Of a stretch of 46,435 nt of DNA, positions 1-8,368 are shown piece after piece (within the stretch, counting starts at the first letter, position 1; every line of letters starts with the position of its first letter). The position numbers and the translations under genes are program-made. Below the pieces are notes generated by a model. That model saw only the letters and a list, made by a program, of their open reading frames with translations. It ran no database searches and had not been told where the DNA came from. The DNA is from Promethearchaeota archaeon (GTDB lineage Archaea > Asgardarchaeota > Lokiarchaeia > Sigyniarchaeales > SOKP01). The stretch is from contig JAEOTP010000014.1 in NCBI GenBank assembly GCA_016839765.1, forward strand, positions 1 to 46,435, read 5' to 3'.

Positions 1-50
1 ATAAATAATCAATTTTAATTTTAAATTCATTAAAGATTTTTTCTGGCTTA

Positions 51-2357
51 TTAGAGGAACCATGGGATTTCACTAAGATCACCAGTTGGAAATATGTTAT
101 TCTTAACATATTGAGCAATTATTAGGGAATACTGAAGACTAATGGGAAAATTTGAAGGTATATAAGTAGTATGCCGCCAATTCATTCGCGATAATGCTAA
201 TATATCAAAACCAGCTTCATAGGGCTTACTATAAACCCCACTATCTCTCAAAATTTTTATTTTAAAGGAGTTAGGTATTGATTTTGGAGCAAAATTTTTA
301 TAATTATATCCTTGAAAATATCTTGAAATACCTTGAGGAAAAATTAAACCTGATTTGTCATCAAGATTTATCCAAGTCCCCCTAGGAACTGCTTTATTAT
401 TAAAATTCCATTTTAATGGAAATTCAGAAACCGAAACTAACGCTCCAGCAGCAAAATTAGAAGTATTAAAACAATCCATAAATGAATCAGCCTCTTCGGT
501 TGATACTGATCCTAACCTATGAATAATTACAGCACCCGGTTTTTCTTGATGCATATCATTTTTATCAATTAATTTAACTGCGTCAAAAAATAAATTTTTT
601 ACTTCATTATTTGGAATTTTCAATCCTTCATATCTTCTAGAATATCCATGACTCCTAAATACAAAATTGTATGCTTTTTCAATTTCATCAATTTCGAATG
701 TTTGTGTCTTAAATCCTAAATATTTTCCATTTCCCGTAAATACTGTGGCAATTCCTAAAATAAACTCATCTTTTTTATTCTCAGTAATTCCTCTAGCAAA
801 TCTATAACCTATTATCATATCTATAGGAACATCATCTTTTGTATAGCAGGCTTCAACTTGCCAAGGTATCCCTCCTAGCTTGGCAAAAATACTGGTAGCT
901 ACGCTCCAAAGAGGAAAAGTTTTCCATTTCCCAAAAAATTGATTGAAATTTTTAATTATTTGTGTTGGATAACCTAATTTTGTTAAATTTTCTTTAAAAT
1001 ATTGATATAATGGCGTAAATTTTCCCCATTCTCGAGGACTATCTTCAGTAAGACCAATAATAAAAAAAGGAACTACTGTCTCGTTCAATTTGAATTTCAA
1101 TGGTAGATTGGGGAATTCGGACCTAATTTCTTCTATGATTTTTATTACTTCCCTTTTAAAATTTTGGTAAGTCAAACTTGTATCAATTGGTGTTGCATTA
1201 GTTAAACTAATTTTTAAATCATATCTATTTAGAAGACCCGGAAAATCAAACTGACCTGTCCCAGATCCAAAAACTATTAAATTAGCTACCTTGAATATTT
1301 TTTCTTTAATATTTGGTTGATCTAAAGGGTATAGTGGAATAAATACAATTTTATACTTAGGGGAATACAATGGCCCAAATTGGTTTAATAAATACATAGT
1401 CGCACATTCTGATTTTTTCACATTCCTACCAACCCATAATGGTGATTCTTCAATTGTCCCATACTCAATCCTACTTGGGACAATAGGTAATATATAATCT
1501 ATCAATTCTTGTTCAAGTAAAGATTCGCTTTTTTCTTCTTCAATCTCAAAATCAGTTTCTTCTTCAAACTCTTCTATAAATGGGAAATCTTCGTTGTATT
1601 CATCAATATATTCATTATAATCTATATTTCTACTTAATTTAGATATATGTTTTGTTTTTAAATCTTCAATTTTATTGTTTATATTAAAAGAAAATGATGA
1701 CAAATTACAATTAACACCATCACCAATTATATCATTTAAAAATGAAGTTAATTCCATAAAATACCTATTAGTATCTAATTTAGATAAATTCTGAATATGA
1801 TAGGGGCTCCCTTTAATCGAACCTTTAATTCTTGTAATCCTTCTCACTATAAAAGAGGGATAATAGATTTCTCTGTTTTTTACTAGTGAAGGGATAAATT
1901 GTAATCCTAAATATACTTTATGAGATGGCATCTCTAAGATGGGATCCTTTTTTAAAAAATCTCTTTTAAATTTCAAACCAATATCTGAGGCAATAGTAAA
2001 ATCGCTTTCTGGATATGATTTTAATAAATTATACATAAAACTTGAAAATAAGGCATGAATAAACTGATTTTGGTTTTCTACAGGAAAACTCCAATTAAAT
2101 TTATCTTCCGAGAATTCAATTTGTTCGCTCCAACAATCTTCCAAGAATGGGGGTGAAGAATCAGAAACTTTTTTATCAATTGCAATAAGACCAAGCTTAT
2201 CTCTGAGAGTTAGAACATTCCACCCAAAACTTAGATATTTTTTTCTTAAAGTCCTTAATCTAACTTCTAAATTACTTCTTTCCATAAAAAATATCTTAAA
2301 TGAATTAGGTAGACTTGATTTTGACTTTAAAATGTTGAACACTATTATCAACTCCAT
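51..2357 (-). CDS. ago: Prokaryotic Argonaute, catalytically inactive PIWI, long-B-like, apparently PAZ-less
   Basis: MID pocket Y451-K455-Q466-K493 (LYQYFK...PTQII...IFAKLGGIPW). PIWI motifs MIIGYRF, VIIHRLG, VPRGTW, ALSRMNW, FPISLQYS, and C-terminal PWFL. EESPLWVG...FGPLY marks the L2/MID entry. Confidence 0.93.
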   Translation of the reverse strand: MELIIVFNILKSKSSLPNSFKIFFMERSNLEVRLRTLRKKYLSFGWNVLTLRDKLGLIAIDKKVSDSSPPFLEDCWSEQIEFSEDKFNWSFPVENQNQFIHALFSSFMYNLLKSYPESDFTIASDIGLKFKRDFLKKDPILEMPSHKVYLGLQFIPSLVKNREIYYPSFIVRRITRIKGSIKGSPYHIQNLSKLDTNRYFMELTSFLNDIIGDGVNCNLSSFSFNINNKIEDLKTKHISKLSRNIDYNEYIDEYNEDFPFIEEFEEETDFEIEEEKSESLLEQELIDYILPIVPSRIEYGTIEESPLWVGRNVKKSECATMYLLNQFGPLYSPKYKIVFIPLYPLDQPNIKEKIFKVANLIVFGSGTGQFDFPGLLNRYDLKISLTNATPIDTSLTYQNFKREVIKIIEEIRSEFPNLPLKFKLNETVVPFFIIGLTEDSPREWGKFTPLYQYFKENLTKLGYPTQIIKNFNQFFGKWKTFPLWSVATSIFAKLGGIPWQVEACYTKDDVPIDMIIGYRFARGITENKKDEFILGIATVFTGNGKYLGFKTQTFEIDEIEKAYNFVFRSHGYSRRYEGLKIPNNEVKNLFFDAVKLIDKNDMHQEKPGAVIIHRLGSVSTEEADSFMDCFNTSNFAAGALVSVSEFPLKWNFNNKAVPRGTWINLDDKSGLIFPQGISRYFQGYNYKNFAPKSIPNSFKIKILRDSGVYSKPYEAGFDILALSRMNWRHTTYIPSNFPISLQYSLIIAQYVKNNIFPTGDLSEIPWFL

Positions 2358-2434
2358 TTAATATTTAGTTTTATTAGATTCTCTTGTTTTTTTGGAATAA
2401 GATTATTCTTTAATTTTTTAATCAAAAATTAAAA

Positions 2435-2845
2435 TTAAATGATATGAATTATTTTTACTTTCGAAATTGTTTCTAAATCTTTTATATCACTTGATAATAA
2501 TTTATTTCTTGGATCATGAATACACATAATTAGAATGGTTTTTGCTAATTTTGAATATTTTATTGCTTGATAATAAAGCCTGTAAATATCATTAACACTT
2601 TTTATATTATATTTTAATTCAATAAGAATATTGTCTGAACCTATTGAAATATCAGGTCGGATTTGACGTCCTTCTTTATAACTTTTACTTTGTATATTTA
2701 ATTTAATATTTTTATCTAAAATTAAATCTAATTTATTAACTACAAAATTTTCAAAATCATCTTCAGTTCTAATTTTTTTTAATTTATAAATATCAATAGA
2801 CTTTAAAGTATTAGTGACTTTTTCTATAATTTCTCTCATATTCAT
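2435..2845 (-). CDS. Stand-alone PD-(D/E)xK restriction-endonuclease-fold nuclease
   Basis: E28 helix (TEDDFE), RPD65, IE76LK78Y and Q93xxxY97 motifs. Lies 7 bp downstream of the preceding gene and 77 bp upstream of ago. Confidence 0.8.
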   Translation of the reverse strand: MNMREIIEKVTNTLKSIDIYKLKKIRTEDDFENFVVNKLDLILDKNIKLNIQSKSYKEGRQIRPDISIGSDNILIELKYNIKSVNDIYRLYYQAIKYSKLAKTILIMCIHDPRNKLLSSDIKDLETISKVKIIHII

Positions 2846-2852
2846 TTAAATC

Positions 2853-4172
2853 TTAATTTTTAAAATCCCTTTCATTTTTATGGATAATTTGGGAAAACTG
2901 TTTATACATTTCAATATCCTCATTCGATAATTTACCTGCAGGATCGTATATATAGCAAATTAAATTTTTACTATACCTTGTTTTATATGTCATAACATTA
3001 AGGGATATTTTTTGTTTTTGAGCTCCTGGTGATTTATATTTACTAAAGTACCATACAGAGATAGCTAACGTTTCTTCATTTTGTGTGATTAAAATTAATT
3101 GTTCCTTTGGATCTCTTTCGATAGTGGTATTATTATATTTTGGATTCATAATTTTTAAATTTTGGATATTGCTAAAAATTTGGCCTGCTAATGTTTTGAT
3201 ATCTGAAATTGTTCTGTAATCTAATTTAATATCTTCAAGAAAAGTATTGATTTGTTTTTTCATGTTCAATTTTTCAGGAATTTTTTCTTCTTCATAGGGT
3301 TTTAATTCTAATATTTCTTCTTGTGTTAGGTTATCTGTCTTTTTTTTACTTGCTTTTAGATTAGGTTCTTCAAGTTCAATTGGTTTTGAGATTTCTTTTA
3401 ATTTAGAGGGAGGTAATTTATCTAAAATTCTTTCCACTAGCTCATCCTTGCTACCTGAAACCGGTAAAACAAAATCTCTACATATCTCTTTTAAATCATC
3501 TTTAGTCATAAGATAAGATATTATATCTTCTATAGGATCTTTTGTCTCATATAATAATCTCTGAATTAATTCGTTTTTTGTTCCTGATATCTTCATATCT
3601 TGAGAGAGTAGTTCAAATTGTAAACCTTCTATTGTTGCATACTTTTTAGAATATAATAACTGTTCAATTGTCTCAATTTCTTTCTTTTTTTGTTCATCTA
3701 TGATCTCCTCTTCGAATTCCTCTTCAATAAATTCCTCAATGAAATCTTCCTTTATCCTCTTTTCGATTATTAATTTAGCAGGTTCTATAAATTCCCTTGG
3801 TAAATAAATAATATCATCATCGGATTTTTCATCTTCAAAAATAATATATCTTGATAGTAGTTTTCTATAATTGTCTCTAAAAGTTGTACCACTTCTTTGT
3901 TGTAAAATTTCTTCTCTTAAAGCGTTATATCCAATTTCATTTTTGTTATTTATTATAGTTTTTAGAATAAGGGCTGTAGTGCCATTATCTGGAATAATAA
4001 ATTGGAAATTTTCTTTGAATTGTGGATTATTGAGATTATCATCAATCAATTTTATTATTTCTTCCTTTCTTAAATTGCTATAGCCTCTTAATCCAAATCT
4101 TTGACAAATATGTATTAAAGTTGGAACTTTCTTTTCAGGCAAAAAATCTATAATACTTTTCATTTTACTCAA
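2853..4172 (-). CDS. Multidomain nucleic-acid-binding protein: HeH/Rho-N-like, winged helix, two SAP domains, C-terminal degenerate PD-(D/E)xK-like domain
   Basis: LIHICQRFGLRGYSNLRKEEII (HeH). ISGTKNELIQRL and LKEICRDFVLPVSGSKDELVERIL (SAP consensus). The C-terminus aligns with the 136-aa nuclease. Start is TTG 4172 or ATG 4163. Confidence 0.75.
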   Translation of the reverse strand: MSKMKSIIDFLPEKKVPTLIHICQRFGLRGYSNLRKEEIIKLIDDNLNNPQFKENFQFIIPDNGTTALILKTIINNKNEIGYNALREEILQQRSGTTFRDNYRKLLSRYIIFEDEKSDDDIIYLPREFIEPAKLIIEKRIKEDFIEEFIEEEFEEEIIDEQKKKEIETIEQLLYSKKYATIEGLQFELLSQDMKISGTKNELIQRLLYETKDPIEDIISYLMTKDDLKEICRDFVLPVSGSKDELVERILDKLPPSKLKEISKPIELEEPNLKASKKKTDNLTQEEILELKPYEEEKIPEKLNMKKQINTFLEDIKLDYRTISDIKTLAGQIFSNIQNLKIMNPKYNNTTIERDPKEQLILITQNEETLAISVWYFSKYKSPGAQKQKISLNVMTYKTRYSKNLICYIYDPAGKLSNEDIEMYKQFSQIIHKNERDFKN

Positions 4173-4261
4173 TTCATGTTCATTTTTCTTTTCAATGAAA
4201 TACTTAATAAATAAAATATGTTTAAGTATATTTAAATAGAAATTTTTTATTGGTTCTTTTT

Positions 4262-4564
4262 TTAACCTATTGTTAAAAGTATATCATAGCTCTTTGGATA
4301 CTGTGTAATCTGGATTTTTTATTCAGATGTTTTTAATATATGTTCTGTAAAATAGATCATTATAGTGATTCCTATAAGATCTTCTATATAATTAAGTAAT
4401 TAAAGTTGATAAATTTAAATCTTTTTTATTAACGTTTTTCTTGATATATACACATATAGATACCTTAAATAAAAGTAGATATTTTTAAAATACTTAAATT
4501 TCGATAGAAGGTTGTAGTTCTGCTTGTAGGCTTATGAAATTTTATTTATGATTATTGAATTAAT
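4262..4564 (-). pseudogene. Possible decayed RelA/SpoT-domain (small alarmone synthetase-like) gene
   Basis: A single frame after an AAGGAGG RBS reads ...AYKQNYNLL...YISRKTLIKKI*IYQL*LLNYIEDLIGITIMIYFTEHI... with four internal TAA stops. It resembles the RxKxxxSxxxK and DxxGxRI motifs. Confidence 0.4.
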
Positions 4565-4798
4565 TATCCTCCTTTTTTTAATCAAATAAAAATATATATA
4601 AATAATGAAGTGGTGAACGATTGAGAAAAATCTTATTGGAACATCTCAATTAGTTATAGTTTAATTATTTTTTATTTTAATCATAGTTGCGATAATTACA
4701 GTATTTTAAATTAACTAACCAAAATTAGAAATAAATGGATTAAAAAAACAAAATTCAAATATGTAAATCTGTTAAAGGAACGGTTAATGACGACTAAG

Positions 4799-6337
4799 TC
4801 ATATTACTACTTCTTCTCCTTCCTTTAATAATATTACATTACTAAAGTTCTCTTTAAACCATATTGGATTTTCAGTATGAACAGGAATAATATATTCGGG
4901 ATCTACTGTTTCGATAGCCCAGATTAAATCGCTTTTTGATGCGTGTCCTGATGCATGGAATCCTTTTATAAACTCTGGTGTTAATTTTCTATCTTTTTCT
5001 ACGATTTCAAAACCATGCACTTCGAATCCGAAATGTTTAAGCCAATTATTTAACCTAATAAAGTCAAACTCGGATTCTTCTTCGAAGGCTTCGCTCGAAG
5101 AGTATATGTATGTTCCATTTTGAGGTTTAATATCCAGTAAATGTTTAATTTCATAAAGTGAGAAACAGAGAATATAATTTTCAGGAGCTTTTGCTATATT
5201 GATAGGATCTATATAATTAACTTGATTTTTTAGGAAGTTTTCTTCCCAGTAATTCTTACCAGATTTATATTCTCCATAAACTAAAATCTCACTAGTTCTA
5301 TCAATCGCATCGATTTGTTCAAGAGCTTTTAGTAGGTATACTTGTTTAGCAGGTATGACTATTTCCCTATTACTGTTTTTTGCGATTTTTTCGAATAATT
5401 CAAGGCGTTCAAAGTTTCGAGCAGAATAATCAGTCACAACTATTCCTTTTGCATCTTGGATAATTTTTAGACAATCATTATATACTTCTTCCTCGGATTC
5501 TTCAATATTCTCTCTGGAAGTTCTAGTACCTTCGATTATTAGAACAGAAGCGTCTTTAGCAGCTTGAATAAAATTTTTACTTTTATTAGCTTTTTTTCCA
5601 TGTAATCGAAAATCTCCGGTGTAAGCTATTGAAGTATCTCCAGATAAAATATATCCAGTGGACCCGTAGATGGAGTGATCAACCTCATAGCAATTAATAT
5701 CAAATTGAGTAGGATTAACACTTAAATCGCAAAAATCTCCGCATTCCAGCGGCTTTAAAATTCCTGTTTGTCGTTCTGGAGCATTTTTAATATTTGTACT
5801 TAGAAATTGTTCTAAAGTATTTCCAATTTTTTCAGTACAAATTAAGTTTCTGGTTTTATATGCTCCCCTTATAGCTTTTAATGTTTTATCAGATAGACCT
5901 TGGGTTTTTTTGGAATAAAAAGCAGCCTCTAAATTTAAAGTCAGACTAGATGAGTCAGCCATTCCTTTCATAAATGCTAAACTTATTGGTGAACTAATGA
6001 GGGGAATATCCTCATTTAGTAAGCCTATGTTACCAAAATGATCCATATGGGGATGACTTACTAAAACAGCTTCAATATTTAACTTTGGATACATTGAAAT
6101 GTCCAAATCAGGAGGGATTAAATCTTTTCGATATATATTTAATTTTGGAATTAAATCTAAATGTATTAAATCATAGATACCTCTAGAAGATCTTTCTTTT
6201 AAAAATTCTTGGAAAAAGTAATGATATTTTTTAAAATTCATACCAAAATCAAGGAATACGCCTTTCCCATTTTCCTCAACAAAGATTTTATTGCCTCCAA
6301 TGGTATTAGCCCCATCATATACAGTTATAGATGTCAT
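4799..6337 (-). CDS. MBL-fold beta-CASP ribonuclease (RNase J-like)
   Basis: IGGN, LDFG, SHPHMDH, VDHS, YTGDFR, IEGT, HASGH and PVHTE motifs. Confidence 0.88.
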   Translation of the reverse strand: MTSITVYDGANTIGGNKIFVEENGKGVFLDFGMNFKKYHYFFQEFLKERSSRGIYDLIHLDLIPKLNIYRKDLIPPDLDISMYPKLNIEAVLVSHPHMDHFGNIGLLNEDIPLISSPISLAFMKGMADSSSLTLNLEAAFYSKKTQGLSDKTLKAIRGAYKTRNLICTEKIGNTLEQFLSTNIKNAPERQTGILKPLECGDFCDLSVNPTQFDINCYEVDHSIYGSTGYILSGDTSIAYTGDFRLHGKKANKSKNFIQAAKDASVLIIEGTRTSRENIEESEEEVYNDCLKIIQDAKGIVVTDYSARNFERLELFEKIAKNSNREIVIPAKQVYLLKALEQIDAIDRTSEILVYGEYKSGKNYWEENFLKNQVNYIDPINIAKAPENYILCFSLYEIKHLLDIKPQNGTYIYSSSEAFEEESEFDFIRLNNWLKHFGFEVHGFEIVEKDRKLTPEFIKGFHASGHASKSDLIWAIETVDPEYIIPVHTENPIWFKENFSNVILLKEGEEVVI

Positions 6338-6593
6338 TATTTTCCCTTAATGATATTAGGTCATTTTTCATAGGATTTTTATAGACACTTTTATAGAGAA
6401 ACTTATAAGATTTAAATCTTTTTTACGAAAATAGGAAACTAAAATTTTTAATTATTTGTTTAAGCAATTATTTCTTATATAAAAGAAGTTATAAATACGT
6501 ATTTGTATATTGTATGTAGACCGAAAAAAATCCAGATTAGAGAATTTTTAATTTTTATTTGTTTGTAGTAAGCCTTTAAGAGGAGGGAGGCAA

Positions 6594-8063
6594 TTGGACA
6601 AGCCAGTAAACATACGGTTATTAGGTGGCGTTAATGAAGTAGGGGGAAACATCGTCTTATTGGAGGATTTTAAATTTGACGTGAAATTATTTTTGGACTT
6701 TGGTGTAAATATCAAAAGATTTAAAGGGTTGTATGATGAGGGAGAGCATCCATCGACTATTGAAGAATTGATAACGTTACGGTTAATTCCGAGTGAACAG
6801 AGCCTTCCGATTAAGAATTTATACACGAAACAGGCTGGGCTTTATAGACAAGGATTAAGAAATAAAGAATTTCCTTCAAATTTAGATGCGATTTTGATTT
6901 CTCATCCTCATAAGGATCATTTTTTGGGAGTATCGTTTGTCAATCGTTCAATTCCGATTTATACGGGAGTGGTTACAAAAAAAATCATCAAGGCCTTTTA
7001 TAGATCGTCCGGGCGTTATTTAGAGAATAATTTTAAAGGTTTAAACTGGCATACATTTAGGACGGGAGATATTTTGGATTTTAAGGGAATGAAGATTGTG
7101 CCTTTTCATGTAGACCATTCAATTCCTGCCGCATATGGATTCATAATTTACCGCTCTGCGGGGTCTATAGTATATACAGGTGATTTCCGGATGCATGGTC
7201 CATTGTCTCACATGACGGAAGAATTCCTTGAAGAAATCAGTACTAACAAATTATGTTTAGCAGAAGGAAAATTAAACCAAGAACAAAAGGATATGGCTTC
7301 AAAAGGCGTAAAAGTTTTAATCTGTGAAGGAACAAAAATTAAGAAAGGAGTTGTAGAATCTGAAGAATCTGTGAAAACAAATCTTGAAAGACTCTTCCAA
7401 AGAAATCCTTTTGATTATATTTTGGTAAAATATGATCGAATTGACTGGGATCGGTTTAGAACCTTTTCTCACATAGCAAGAAAGTATGGATGGCGATATA
7501 TAATTACGGAAAGGGATGCATATTTTTACCATCTTCTAAATAAAGGAGCAAAGTATGAGACAATGATGGATCCGAACATTATTAACGACGAGCATATTTT
7601 TATCTTGAAAAAGGGTCCTGCGAGGTATCAATGGCAAGAAAAAATACGCCAAGCGATTTATAAACAACGCCAAGGAGAACGATTTCTTGATTATTCACAG
7701 ATAAAAGATTTAAAAAAGCATTATTTTATCTACATTACACATCTTTATGATGATTTAATGAATAACCTGAATCTCGATCTTAAAGGCTTATTTATTTCAT
7801 CCAGTGTAGATCCGTATGTTGAGGAATTTTATGATAACACCAAAACAATTTGTAATAGATTGTTGGATATTGGAATACCAGCATATAGGATTCATGCTTC
7901 AGGCCACGCAACTCCACACGATCTTATTAACTTTATAAAAGAAGTTAAACCACAATATTTAATCCCTATTCACACAGAGCATCCTGAATTTTTTGGCAAG
8001 ATGTTTGATAAAACTAATATAAATGTACTTCAAGCCGAATTAAATAAACCAATATCTATTTAG
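6594..8063 (+). CDS. MBL-fold beta-CASP ribonuclease (RNase J-like), second paralogue
   Basis: GGVNEVGGN, LDFG, SHPHKDH, VDHS, YTGDFR, CEGT, HASGH, PIHTE. GGAGGGAGG RBS before the TTG start. Confidence 0.88.
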   Translation: MDKPVNIRLLGGVNEVGGNIVLLEDFKFDVKLFLDFGVNIKRFKGLYDEGEHPSTIEELITLRLIPSEQSLPIKNLYTKQAGLYRQGLRNKEFPSNLDAILISHPHKDHFLGVSFVNRSIPIYTGVVTKKIIKAFYRSSGRYLENNFKGLNWHTFRTGDILDFKGMKIVPFHVDHSIPAAYGFIIYRSAGSIVYTGDFRMHGPLSHMTEEFLEEISTNKLCLAEGKLNQEQKDMASKGVKVLICEGTKIKKGVVESEESVKTNLERLFQRNPFDYILVKYDRIDWDRFRTFSHIARKYGWRYIITERDAYFYHLLNKGAKYETMMDPNIINDEHIFILKKGPARYQWQEKIRQAIYKQRQGERFLDYSQIKDLKKHYFIYITHLYDDLMNNLNLDLKGLFISSSVDPYVEEFYDNTKTICNRLLDIGIPAYRIHASGHATPHDLINFIKEVKPQYLIPIHTEHPEFFGKMFDKTNINVLQAELNKPISI

Positions 8064-8090
8064 GTATTTAATATTGTATAGATTTATATT

Positions 8091-8189
8091 ATGAAGATTT
8101 GCTGTCATATTTGCGGATTTGAAATCGGAGAAAAAGAAGTGGGTTTTTATTATTATCCAATTTGTGATGAGTTCACCTATTTTTCTTGA
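8091..8189 (+). pseudogene. Tiny zinc-finger-like ORF or remnant (32 aa)
   Basis: MKICCHICGFEIGEKEVGFYYYPICDEFTYFS*. The first CxxC is intact, while the second knuckle reads YPIC. Confidence 0.35.
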
Positions 8190-8284
8190 TTATAAATTGG
8201 TCGTTTTTCTTAATAAAAGAAGTTATAAATGGGTGGTTGTTTAATGTATATTAAAGATATGAATCTTAGGGTTCATATATAATG

Positions 8285-8326
8285 AAGGTTATAAATAAAA
8301 TCTGATAAAGGTTATAAATAAAATCT
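8285..8326 (+). promoter_or_regulatory. Tandemly duplicated BRE/TATA-like element upstream of PAS gene
   Basis: AAGGTTATAAATAAAATCT occurs exactly at 8285-8303 and 8308-8326. The related AAAAGAAGTTATAAAT occurs near 6480 and 8215. Confidence 0.55.
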
Positions 8327-8368
8327 AATATAATTAAATAGATTAAGGCAAAAAATTGGAGTGATAAT

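Noticed and set aside
4306-6539. 15-bp inverted match (AAAAAATCCAGATTA) flanking the first RNase J-like gene as possible transposon ends
   Set aside because: Short and A-rich, with no transposase or target-site duplication; compatible with chance.
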